DNA from: an uncultured virus (IMG/VR IMGVR_UViG_3300020171_002032)
Taxonomy: Duplodnaviria; Heunggongvirae; Uroviricota; Caudoviricetes
Virus record (IMG/VR): IMGVR_UViG_3300020171_002032
Length of the DNA: 64,000 nt
Strand: one strand, 5' to 3'
Part shown: piece after piece, positions 17,803-26,385 of the stretch
How positions within the stretch are numbered: position 1 is the stretch's first letter
Layout: every line of letters starts with the position of its first letter
Position numbers and translations under genes: made by a program
The notes under the pieces: generated by a model
Seen by the model: only the letters and a program-made list of their open reading frames with translations
Database searches by the model: none
Told to the model about the DNA's origin: nothing

Positions 17803-18057
17803 ATGAGACATAAGAACTCAGATATGAGATTCGCCAATATGGCAAATGCTGGACTAGCTGGAACAAGATTACATGTCAAAGTTGGCACTCATCCCGCTTC
17901 CTACGCAAATATGATTGGGCGAACTAGACCACCAAAAGTGGGAGATCTTCTATTATTGGAAAATGAACTCGAAGGTGGCAAACCCTTGAGGGTTCGTTGC
18001 GATGAAATCAAAGACTGTGGATATGGGGATATTCTCTACTACATGGAGTTGATGTGA
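17803..18057 (+). CDS. hypothetical protein flanked by a 12-bp direct repeat
   Basis: AGGTTATAACCG at 17767 and 18057. Confidence 0.7.
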   Translation: MRHKNSDMRFANMANAGLAGTRLHVKVGTHPASYANMIGRTRPPKVGDLLLLENELEGGKPLRVRCDEIKDCGYGDILYYMELM

Positions 18058-18092
18058 GGTTATAACCGAACTCGAGCTTGAGGGGTGAAACA

Positions 18093-18398
18093 TTGAAAGA
18101 CGATTGCACTTGGCTAAACTTCAGATGGGGTTTAGACATCTCCTACACTGGCATTGCTGAAGCACCAAAACTTGCAGAACTATGCAGAAAATACAGACGA
18201 TTTTGGGATGGTGAATATTTCTATATGATTCAAGCAAACAAAGTCATTCTCCGTTGGCCCGACTGGCGTAGGGATTATCGAATTGATTTGGATAAGGTGG
18301 CGACTCGAGCTGATCGGAAAAACCTTGCTAAATTCCGCATCAATCGAAAGAAAGGTACTCTCGAGCTCGAGATTCCTAAGCATTTGCGGTTAACTTAG
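18093..18398 (+). CDS. hypothetical protein
   Basis: TTG after GGGGTG; 3' end overlaps site 18386. Confidence 0.65.
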   Translation: MKDDCTWLNFRWGLDISYTGIAEAPKLAELCRKYRRFWDGEYFYMIQANKVILRWPDWRRDYRIDLDKVATRADRKNLAKFRINRKKGTLELEIPKHLRLT

Positions 18399-18407
18399 TT
18401 TATGCGT

Positions 18408-18995
18408 TTATGGTCCTGCTCTCTGCTCGATGTTCCAACCAACAAAATTCGCTGATAATGCTCCTACAGTTTTGAAGGTCTCAGTTAGAACGGGAGTGAG
18501 ATTAACCACGGCTGCAGAGGGGCTTGTTACCCTTATCGTCAAATTACTGGCGAAAACATGCCAAACTCCGTCAAATACTCCGTCTGGATCTCCATAAGCA
18601 ATACTTCCTCCTCGGATGTTGCCAGCTCTAGTATCAGTCAACTGTATCCTAGTTATTAGACCACCTTGCAATGCGAACGTTTGACTTATAATTTGTCCTC
18701 CACTGTTGCCTCCAGGTACGCCATCAAGACTGTTTGCCCAACCCCATAATACAGTGTAGTTTCCGTTGATGTCTCCTGTTATGTCCAGAAGTGGAAAATG
18801 CCAAAAATCATATGCGGTTGCTCCATCTCTCTGTCTCGTTGTTGTCATATGCGGTTCTTGCATGAGTTCTGTTTTGAAACCAGCGAACTTGGCTAATTCT
18901 GCTCCTGAAACTTTCGGTCTTGTCAACGCATAAATTAATGCTGCTCCGCCTCCGACAACACCAACTGCCAGTAAAGCCTTTGTTGTATCATTCAT
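18408..18995 (-). CDS. N-terminally membrane-anchored beta-rich protein (virion-like), in opposite orientation to the array
   Basis: MNDTTKALLAVGVVGGGAALIYALTRPK anchor; bounded by sites 18386 and 19053. Confidence 0.75.
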   Translation of the reverse strand: MNDTTKALLAVGVVGGGAALIYALTRPKVSGAELAKFAGFKTELMQEPHMTTTRQRDGATAYDFWHFPLLDITGDINGNYTVLWGWANSLDGVPGGNSGGQIISQTFALQGGLITRIQLTDTRAGNIRGGSIAYGDPDGVFDGVWHVFASNLTIRVTSPSAAVVNLTPVLTETFKTVGALSANFVGWNIEQRAGP

Positions 18996-19087
18996 TGAAA
19001 GATCCCATATTCTTTTCCTTCCATTAGGCTTAAATGCTTTCTTCACTGTCTTGCAGTTATACATCGTTAAACGAAGGGTGGATATAT

Positions 19088-19276
19088 GTGAAAACTCCGA
19101 AAGAAGCTGACCCAAAAACGATCAAACCATGGCCTAAAGACAATTCCCAGTATCAATGTAGTGCTTGTGTTCATCCGCCAGAGGCACATCGAACAGCAAA
19201 TGTGAAAAACACAATAGGCAAACAAGTCCATTGGTGTTCATACCGTCATTGTCGGTGCAAAGGCTATTCCGATTAA
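19088..19276 (+). CDS. Cys/His-rich small protein
   Basis: CSACVH...HWCSYRHCRC; GTG after AAGGGTG. Confidence 0.6.
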   Translation: MKTPKEADPKTIKPWPKDNSQYQCSACVHPPEAHRTANVKNTIGKQVHWCSYRHCRCKGYSD

Positions 19277-19320
19277 TCTCCTTTTTTTCGTTTAAGCAGA
19301 TTTATACGAAGGGTAATCCA

Positions 19321-19722
19321 TTGAACGAAATAATTGAAGGCTTGTGGATCGGTGACTGGCAAGATACTATATTTGAAGATACTCTCGAAAAAATGGGTTT
19401 TTCTTCTGTTCTGTGTGTGGTTCCTCATCATCATGCTCCCCCAGAGATGCGAAAAGAGTACAGAAAACTGAAGGTGATGCATTGGCACTATGAAGAGCGA
19501 AAAGAAATCGAGATAGAACCGCCACTCAACTTCATAGATCAAGGTTTACAGGAAGGTCATGTCCTAGTTCATTGCGGTGCTGGAATAGATCGCTCTCCAA
19601 CAGTGGTCATGATGTACCTGATTCGCAAGAAACGGATGGCACTAGATGAAGCAGTTAACCTAATTCAAGAAAGACGCAAGATTGCCATGCCTCATCCCGA
19701 TCAAGTTAAACAATGGCTATAA
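19321..19722 (+). CDS. dual-specificity protein phosphatase
   Basis: VLVHCGAGIDRS (HCx5R) and LWIG motifs. Confidence 0.9.
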   Translation: MNEIIEGLWIGDWQDTIFEDTLEKMGFSSVLCVVPHHHAPPEMRKEYRKLKVMHWHYEERKEIEIEPPLNFIDQGLQEGHVLVHCGAGIDRSPTVVMMYLIRKKRMALDEAVNLIQERRKIAMPHPDQVKQWL

Positions 19723-19819
19723 AATCCATCCTTTTTCTGTTAATCGGGATTATGCGAAGGGTGTCTGAGTAATCCAAAGATTAAATATAGTTCTGAGAGA
19801 CTATTTCTATTGACCTAGA

Positions 19820-20164
19820 ATGCCTGAAACATATAGACCAAGCCAAATCGCTGAAACCATCGTTGTATTGCGTACTTGGAACACGACAACAACTATAGCC
19901 GCTTTCGGTTCTGATGATGGATACACAACTGCGAGAACCGAGTTTGGCGACGATGAAACAATCATGGTTGCTGGGGCCGTTCAAGCTGGCAACAATGCGG
20001 ACCTCACAGGAGTTCTGCTGAACATTTTTGTTGACGGAATCCTCAAAGGAACAAGTCCTCTTTACGGATATAATGGAAGCGTCAACTTTTACCAGTACAG
20101 TCTCGGGATTCTTGCCGAAGGAAACCATCAAGTTCAAGCAAGCTTTCCAAGGACGCGCAAATAA
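19820..20164 (+). CDS. Ig-like beta protein, putative virion component
   Basis: Beta-strand pattern, LAEGNHQVQASF. Confidence 0.6.
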   Translation: MPETYRPSQIAETIVVLRTWNTTTTIAAFGSDDGYTTARTEFGDDETIMVAGAVQAGNNADLTGVLLNIFVDGILKGTSPLYGYNGSVNFYQYSLGILAEGNHQVQASFPRTRK

Positions 20165-20361
20165 TGCCAGTAATCTATGTTGACCAATACGAAGCATCCA
20201 CTGCCTCTCTAGAACTAACAGAGCCAATCTACAAAGTCTCACAAGATGACAAACAGATAAAGGTTGGAAGAGCTACCTTGCCTACGACATCTTGGCTAGT
20301 TCCAGTATTAGTTGTCGGTGGAGTCATCACTGTTGCTTGGTGGCTCACGAAAAAAAGCTAG
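20164..20361 (+). CDS. small C-terminally membrane-anchored protein
   Basis: WLVPVLVVGGVITVAWWLTKKS. Confidence 0.65.
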   Translation: MPVIYVDQYEASTASLELTEPIYKVSQDDKQIKVGRATLPTTSWLVPVLVVGGVITVAWWLTKKS

Positions 20362-20362
20362 G

Positions 20363-20791
20363 CTATTTTGCAAGTTTGTACACTACAATGCCTCCGACTA
20401 CGATGCCTAAGATCGCAAGCGGAGTCCACCATGGAACCGCTAAAGTGACTGCTTGTACAGTCGGAGTTGGAGCTGCTACTTGAACTTCTTGTTTTGACAC
20501 ATGATTCTCAGATATCTTCCTCCAATAGAGTTCATTTCTTGGAACGGAAGGTTGACCGCCAGACCTAGAAAGAATCGTCTGATCGCCAGTTACAGTGAAG
20601 TTTTGTCTCCACGAATGGCTCAATTGACTGCCGTTTGCTCCGTAAAACAAGTCGGGAATCAAAGGAGCAATATATGTGCCATCAGATCGATGCTGAACAA
20701 GGTATCCGCTGAGAGCTACTGTTTGCTCTCCAGGAGTTTGAATGTAAGCATTCATCGAAAAGAACTCATTCTCGTCTAGGTACAAGACCAT
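20363..20791 (-). CDS. C-terminally membrane-anchored protein
   Basis: WWTPLAILGIVVGGIVVYKLAK. Confidence 0.7.
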   Translation of the reverse strand: MVLYLDENEFFSMNAYIQTPGEQTVALSGYLVQHRSDGTYIAPLIPDLFYGANGSQLSHSWRQNFTVTGDQTILSRSGGQPSVPRNELYWRKISENHVSKQEVQVAAPTPTVQAVTLAVPWWTPLAILGIVVGGIVVYKLAK

Positions 20792-20954
20792 AGAGTAGAC
20801 TATCTTACTGAGAATATAAATGGCTTTGTTTAGAAGGGTGATCCTATGAGTAAGTGTTGTTTTTCGGGGACCTGTGAATTATACGATCCGAAAAGCCGTG
20901 TCTGCAACATCGAAGGTGGAGGAGACTATTGTGGAAAATACAGAGAACTTAAAC

Positions 20955-21251
20955 TCATCTGTCGCCGAAAGAGCCGAGGTGTTCTATCTCGGATTCTTCG
21001 TTAGCCTGCTTCCTCTTCCTCGACTGACTATACCTGCAACAATTATCTCGACAACTGATACTCCGACTACATGCCCAACTCACATGGAATAGTCCCGAAG
21101 ACTTTTCTTCTACCACGATTGGCACGATAATAATGGTGCGTTTCTGGTATTGTCCATCGTCCAGAGTGAAATCAAAACAGGCCGTGCATATCGGTGTTAA
21201 TGACGGTGCCGTAACAATTCTAGTATGTTCCTGCTTAGACAACATGCTCAC
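20955..21251 (-). CDS. Cys-rich hypothetical protein
   Basis: CTAC...CSRSISCRDNCC. Confidence 0.6.
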   Translation of the reverse strand: MSMLSKQEHTRIVTAPSLTPICTACFDFTLDDGQYQKRTIIIVPIVVEEKSSGLFHVSWACSRSISCRDNCCRYSQSRKRKQANEESEIEHLGSFGDR

Positions 21252-21497
21252 CTCTAGTTCTTTTTGAATGTCGTTTCAGTATCGAAAATGAAATGATGCC
21301 AATTAGTCATAAGTCGCCAGTACAGTCTCTCATCCAGCTTCTTCTTTTTGACGAAAGCTCTAAGTGCTTCGTCCTTCATTTTGCGACCTCTTCTTCTCTT
21401 CGTCCAGTTTATAGCCGTAATGGGCTGCTATGTCTTGAGGTCTGGCTTTTCTCATTTTATCTTCAAGGCTCATTTCATTTCCCTCTGTCAATACTGT

Positions 21498-23867
21498 TTA
21501 AACGAGATTGATGTCAATCGCAGGATAAGTCTTCATGTAGATTTCAGCTAGTTTGCTGATTGGAATTCCTGTTCCAGTGCTTCCTTGGCCTGTGACAAGA
21601 TATGCAGATCGTACTCGTCCGATTGAGTGCCCCATCATGAGTTCGACAATTGCCTCATTGACTCCTGGAATGTCTTTTGATGGGTCTCCGAATTTCATGA
21701 AACTGTTGAAGGCTTTCCTGAATACATATGGTGTTACTGGGACTTCTTGAGTTGAAATTTTCGCTTTTATGCCCAATGCTTTGACTCTCTGTTGAACGGT
21801 TCTCATTTGCATCTTGAAGATCTTACTGCTTAGCCCCTTTATGTTAACATAGTCTTTTAGAGCATTAATAGCATTCGGTCCGAAGAAGCTATGTGTACGT
21901 TCTCCTGTTTTCTGTCTCCTTATCTCAACATGAATCGGAACTGTTCCTTTTCTCAACTGTTGACCGATAGTACCATACTCACTGCTTAGGTTTGCAAGAC
22001 TAAGACTTAGGAGATCCGTATTCCCAAGACCGCTATTATGCACCAGAAAACCATTCGCAAAATATTTTGATGTGGAAGGTATCCATAGGTCATATAACAT
22101 TTCCCTTTCCTTGTTGACTTGAATCTTAGTCACTCGTTCAGCTATCATGTTACTTTCTATAAGTCTCTGAAGCTCTGAGTAAGATTCCATCTTTTCGTTC
22201 ATTTGAGCAAGTATTCTTCGAACTTTATGCCTTGAAGGACTGAACCATGAGTAGCTTCCTTTCTTCGGGCAATATTTTGTCCCCTTCTTTCTTCTTGGAT
22301 ACAGCATGGGATATAGCCCTTTTTTCGTATCTTGGATACAACGCTTAAGCAAATCTGATGATATCGGCACAACGAGATTTCTGTCAGTTCTGCTTCTGTC
22401 TATTTCAATCTTTTTTAGCTTCAACTCCTTTATCGGATGAGAAAAGCCAATTTGTTCTCTGTATTTTAACAGATTCTCGCCTGTGATTATGATCCGATAA
22501 AATGGTAATCCGCCTTTTATTGTCCGTCTAGAAAGGACTCTGCTTTGTGTCACCTTTTCTTCCCTGTTACTAAATATGCCGAACCGTAGCAATAACAATG
22601 GGATTTGATTGGAGTACTCTTCACTTGTTGTTGCAAATATTATTTGTCGTTCCGCTACACAAGCCTCTGCATCAAATATTCCCCGTAGAAATCTTGCGAG
22701 AACTGTATTTGGTGATCGTTGAATGGTTTGGGGAATACTTCTCGCCCTACTTCTCTGAACTAACTCAGGGAACACATCCTTAAAGTATTCAGACAAAAGA
22801 GTACATGACAAATTAAGTCTTTGTCTCTCTCTTCGCTTTATACTAGGACAATGTGTTGGAAACAGTCGTTTAAGAAGATGCAAATAGTTCTCTAGACACT
22901 CCTGGCTCTTATCAGTGAAGTCTATAACTTCTGGTCGGTCAAAAGTAATAAGACATCCATCTCCAGCAAAGTATCCAAGAACTTGTGCAAAATCTTCGGT
23001 AAGTGTTTCGGGGAGAACGATTCCACATTGCCTTCCAGACTTGTTTTTCCGTAGTTTTGGTATTGCTTGATATTCGCCTTCGTTACCAAGTAGCGATAAG
23101 CGAATCAGATAATCGTTAGTTGTGAGGTCTTTAGCTTTTTTCCATGTCAACAGCCCATTTTTGTATGTGTAAAACATATGCTCTCCAGAACTAACGATTT
23201 TACCATAAGGCGTTTTGACGGTGAATGTTTCCTCATGCATTTTTTGAATAGTGTTTCCTATAACGGCTATAGTCGGCTTCAGAGAGTTAGCACTCATTAT
23301 TTTAGAAGATGATTTCACTTCGCTGATTTTACGTAATTCTCCATTCTCTAAGTGAATGTAGGTGTCTGAACGAAGACAGTTGAATTGGCAGAGTATCCAT
23401 GCTTTGGTTTCTGCATCTGCCACGGCACACATTTTCTTGATGTCTTTGATTGTGGGAATCTTGAAAGGGCGAATAGTGTATGATCTTGTTGGTGGCAGTT
23501 CGATGAGTGGTAAATAATTGGCTTTATAGAAACTTCTCACTAGACCGATTGCTGTTGCAACAGTGTTCGGCGAACTTTCTTTGTTTTTGAGGTGAATTAT
23601 GAAATCTCCAACGAATTCTTCATGTTGTCTTTTATCTGTTATGTTGTTGCTTTGTACTTGTTCTGTTCGCTCTCGGATTATGGTTTCAGGATTTGACGGT
23701 TTCTTTGGATCAGTTCCAAGAAATTTGCAGTATTGTTTGAGCCAGTAGAGTCCTGCACGTCTTGTTGAGCTTTTATCGAAGTCAACACTGCGACTTTTAG
23801 CTTGTAGTTTGTTCATCCACTTCTGTACTGTTGGATATACGTCGAGGTTTTCAACCATTTTCTCCAC
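21498..23867 (-). CDS. tyrosine recombinase/integrase (341-aa extein) containing an intein
   Basis: SAM-like N-domain (SPNTVATAIGLVRSFY); spliced box I CQFN-SGLGNTDLL, RQKT, PYVFRK, LMMGH, SAY. Confidence 0.88.
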   Translation of the reverse strand: MEKMVENLDVYPTVQKWMNKLQAKSRSVDFDKSSTRRAGLYWLKQYCKFLGTDPKKPSNPETIIRERTEQVQSNNITDKRQHEEFVGDFIIHLKNKESSPNTVATAIGLVRSFYKANYLPLIELPPTRSYTIRPFKIPTIKDIKKMCAVADAETKAWILCQFNCLRSDTYIHLENGELRKISEVKSSSKIMSANSLKPTIAVIGNTIQKMHEETFTVKTPYGKIVSSGEHMFYTYKNGLLTWKKAKDLTTNDYLIRLSLLGNEGEYQAIPKLRKNKSGRQCGIVLPETLTEDFAQVLGYFAGDGCLITFDRPEVIDFTDKSQECLENYLHLLKRLFPTHCPSIKRRERQRLNLSCTLLSEYFKDVFPELVQRSRARSIPQTIQRSPNTVLARFLRGIFDAEACVAERQIIFATTSEEYSNQIPLLLLRFGIFSNREEKVTQSRVLSRRTIKGGLPFYRIIITGENLLKYREQIGFSHPIKELKLKKIEIDRSRTDRNLVVPISSDLLKRCIQDTKKGLYPMLYPRRKKGTKYCPKKGSYSWFSPSRHKVRRILAQMNEKMESYSELQRLIESNMIAERVTKIQVNKEREMLYDLWIPSTSKYFANGFLVHNSGLGNTDLLSLSLANLSSEYGTIGQQLRKGTVPIHVEIRRQKTGERTHSFFGPNAINALKDYVNIKGLSSKIFKMQMRTVQQRVKALGIKAKISTQEVPVTPYVFRKAFNSFMKFGDPSKDIPGVNEAIVELMMGHSIGRVRSAYLVTGQGSTGTGIPISKLAEIYMKTYPAIDINLV
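22035..23378 (-). mobile_element. intein with LAGLIDADG homing endonuclease (448 aa)
   Basis: Starts CLRSDT, block B SSGEHMF, LGYFAGDG and FLRGIFDAEA motifs, ends FANGFLVHN followed by Ser+1. Confidence 0.93.
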
Positions 23868-24061
23868 TTTCCATTCAGATTAGCGTAAAAGCAGACTATT
23901 TCTAGTCTCCTCCAAAATGAATGTAAACCGTTGATCCTGCTCGGACAAAGCTTTTGATAGGTTCTCCCTTTTGGATTCGCGTGAGTATCTCCTCCAGATT
24001 CTTTGCTTCAGTCTTTCCGTGGCATAAAACCCGAGGAGTTCCACTCATTACATCCCTGCTG

Positions 24062-24277
24062 TTAACTCTTTTTATCCGCAGGGATCTCTTCCAGATCTAA
24101 TTGCTGGCAATAAGGACATATTGGTTTCTTGATCGTGGTTGTTGACTGCCAATTTGTGTTTGTGACTATCGGATTCGTTCCTGGTATTCCTGAAAAAGAT
24201 AAGTTGGGGTATGTCGTACTCACCATTTCCCAAGCAACAATTGGAAATTCTTTTCCACAACTCTTGCATTTATACAT
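24062..24277 (-). CDS. zinc-ribbon protein
   Basis: CKSC...CPYC. Confidence 0.65.
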   Translation of the reverse strand: MYKCKSCGKEFPIVAWEMVSTTYPNLSFSGIPGTNPIVTNTNWQSTTTIKKPICPYCQQLDLEEIPADKKS

Positions 24278-24425
24278 TCTTTTTCCCTGCTTCGTTCCAT
24301 GTGATTATGTCAAAGATGACGAGGGCATGTAAAGATCCGCCATGCTCGGTTGGAATCTTGAAATGCCTCACATAAGCCATGGAAAACACGTTCGCTTAAT
24401 TCTGTTGTTTTCGCATATAAAACTT

Positions 24426-24447
24426 GCGTATAAGAGGAATTATGCGA
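24426..24447. repeat. dif-like site GCGTATAA-GAGGAA-TTATGCGA
   Basis: Matches the array consensus. Confidence 0.75.
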
Positions 24448-24620
24448 ATGAGTCTATCGTTGTCTCGGAGGACTATGTTCAACAAAATCTATCGACAGGG
24501 CCCAGTCTAGGATTTCTTCATTGTCTCGAATAGACTTGCGTATCTTATGCTTTTCTTTTGGCATGAGTTCTTTTATGCCTCGCATATGCACAATTATGTT
24601 GAGAAACATATTAAAGTTTT

Positions 24621-24642
24621 GCGGTTAACCGTATATAACTGC
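24621..24642. repeat. dif-like site GCGGTTAA-CCGTAT-ATAACTGC
   Basis: Matches consensus; just downstream of the 24653-29902 operon. Confidence 0.85.
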
Positions 24643-24652
24643 AAACTACAGT

Positions 24653-25594
24653 CTATCCGATTCTGCTTCTTAGTTCTTTAGCTTTTCCTGTTCCAATGTA
24701 ATCCATGGGAAAGTTGTGGGCGATGATTGTTGTCACTACGGCACCTAGAGTTTCAGTAAGCGATTTTTCAAAAAAGTGTTGAGGTATGGGAGAATCAGTG
24801 ACTAAGCCTAATGCTTCAGATATGTTGACTGCTCTTTCGAAGACATAGGTTGCTAAATCGTTTACTGATATTAATGGCTCAGGAACCTCTCTGTTCCAGA
24901 TAAATTTTAGATCTGTCAGATCAGTAATAGATATTATAGGCTCAGAAACATCTCGTGCTCCAAATAAACCTCTGAAAACCTCATCAGCAATTGTTATTTG
25001 AGTCTCAGAAACCTCTCGAATTGCCCTTAGCAGAGCTTCGACAATATCCGAAACGCTTATGGCTGGCTCGTCAACGATTCGTCCTCTCCGTAATAGAATG
25101 GAAATGCCATCTTCAACATTTATTGTAGATTCTGAAATTTCTTTGATTCGCCTAAGAATTATTGACAGACTATCTCCAACCGATATGCTCGGTTCAGAAA
25201 CGGATTTGGCTCTTTGAGCAACATAAGAGGGCGAATCAGAAACCGCGATAGAAGCTTCACTGAGGCTAATAGGTTTCACAGACGCAACTATCGGTGCGTC
25301 GGCCACTGAAATCACTGCTTCGGATATGGGAATAGTTCTTGTAATAGCTCTAGCTATAACATCTGAGATGGTACCGAGAACCTCACTCAGGTTTCTTTCA
25401 ACAATAATGGGACCGAAAGAGATTCTAACTAGCTCAAAATTAACGGCATCCAATGCTGGAGGAGTATACAATATGAGAGCAAAGTCATCTCCATCCAGCG
25501 AAGGAGCGTATATACTAAGCCCAAAATCTACCTCATTTAATGCAGGCGGTATATATGCTGCAAGGGCGAAGTTGACTTTGACTAATGCTGTCAT
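24653..25594 (-). CDS. repeat-containing putative virion fibre/spike protein
   Basis: About 12 repeats of ~19-20 aa (vSEpxIsvxD). Confidence 0.7.
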   Translation of the reverse strand: MTALVKVNFALAAYIPPALNEVDFGLSIYAPSLDGDDFALILYTPPALDAVNFELVRISFGPIIVERNLSEVLGTISDVIARAITRTIPISEAVISVADAPIVASVKPISLSEASIAVSDSPSYVAQRAKSVSEPSISVGDSLSIILRRIKEISESTINVEDGISILLRRGRIVDEPAISVSDIVEALLRAIREVSETQITIADEVFRGLFGARDVSEPIISITDLTDLKFIWNREVPEPLISVNDLATYVFERAVNISEALGLVTDSPIPQHFFEKSLTETLGAVVTTIIAHNFPMDYIGTGKAKELRSRIG

Positions 25595-25595
25595 T

Positions 25596-26384
25596 TTAAC
25601 TCTCTAAGAATGGACTTCCAGGAGCCGTATAAAAGTTACCCCCATCCTTATATTGAACGAATGCGGCACCTACCTTTCCACTCAGAATTGTCGAGGCCCA
25701 TTCACCTAGTGCATTGGTAGTCTTCACTTCCACTAGAACTGCATTACTCATGTATTCATCATCTGCCTGAAGCACCATAACCTTTGCACCATTGACAGGA
25801 GACGCATCTAATGTTACAACCCCACTGATATTAAATATGGGCAGAGAATCTTCCTCCCACATAGCATTGACGAACCAGTTATTTCCAAGTGATGGATTGC
25901 TAGTTACGGCTGCACCTCTTACCTGAATTAGTAGGAATTCTCCTGGTCTCAGTTTGTATTCCTTCCCAGCATCTTGCACTAACACTGGAAGCATACTTGC
26001 ATCGGGAGCTATTACTTTTTGAATTACTGAGTGAAGTCGTATGAAGAATTTTCCCCAAGCAGGCTGCCCTTCAGTTGCAGTTATTGGAGTTCCAAAGGCG
26101 ATAGAAGCCCGTATCTTAACTGCATCATTTGAAGTCTGAGTGGTGTCAAACGGACATTTACTCAGGATTATTCCACCCGAAAAGTCATTGCTAATACGAG
26201 AAGTCTTGACTAGAGGCATAACTGAAGTTAAAGCTGCTACTGCGTCGTTTTGAAGCACAAGCCTTCTAATATAGACATTGACACGGGAGGCAACCCCATT
26301 CTCAAAGAGAAACAAGTTCTGGAGTAGTTGGTCATTACCCTGTATCGGAAACGAAGCTACTGTTCCCCTATAGGTTATTGCCAT
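25596..26384 (-). CDS. putative virion structural protein, paralog of the next gene plus a C-terminal domain
   Basis: Shares F.I.G, RRL..Q.D, VMP.VK and NxWFV..WEE with 26386-26919. Confidence 0.7.
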   Translation of the reverse strand: MAITYRGTVASFPIQGNDQLLQNLFLFENGVASRVNVYIRRLVLQNDAVAALTSVMPLVKTSRISNDFSGGIILSKCPFDTTQTSNDAVKIRASIAFGTPITATEGQPAWGKFFIRLHSVIQKVIAPDASMLPVLVQDAGKEYKLRPGEFLLIQVRGAAVTSNPSLGNNWFVNAMWEEDSLPIFNISGVVTLDASPVNGAKVMVLQADDEYMSNAVLVEVKTTNALGEWASTILSGKVGAAFVQYKDGGNFYTAPGSPFLES

Positions 26385-26385
26385 T

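Larger units (their letters stand above)
1..19763. repeat. Array of at least 35 dif-like palindromic sites (7-8 bp arm, 6-bp variable spacer, 7-8 bp arm) separating single-gene units
   Basis: Site start (spacer): 1(TAAGGG) 772(CTACAC) 1503(TTTAGT) 2869(ATGTTT) 3289(GCGTCT) 3496(TATGGA) 3712(ATAGAA) 4404(GTAGCA) 4636(TGGAAT) 6169(GCAAGT) 6577(TGATTA) 7011(GGAAGC) 7404(AACAAG) 7706(TTGGAA) 8174(CTAGAG) 9164(TTTAGG) 9527(ATTACG) 9838(TCCTGC) 10079(AGATGT) 10406(TACCCG) 10708(GCTTAG) 11944(CGATAA) 12239(AGTATT) 12638(ACACAA) 13998(TAGTCT) 15204(TTACCC) 15604(TACGAT) 16878(TGTAGC) 17099(GGCATA) 17423(GTATAA) 17758(TAGGTT) 18386(CTTAGT) 19053(ACATCG) 19289(GCAGAT) 19737(TCGGGA). Degenerate copies at 11476 (5-bp spacer) and 14830 (4-bp spacer). 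Confidence 0.92.

Noticed and set aside
1..19763. CRISPR array interpretation of the repeated motif
   Set aside because: Repeats are degenerate with a variable centre, are separated by whole genes of 150-1300 bp, and no cas genes are present.
1..19763. Classical integron attC sites
   Set aside because: GTTAA resembles GTTRRRY, but there is no RYYYAAC...GTTRRRY R/L box arrangement of attC length, and I see no clear IntI-specific insertion in the recombinase.
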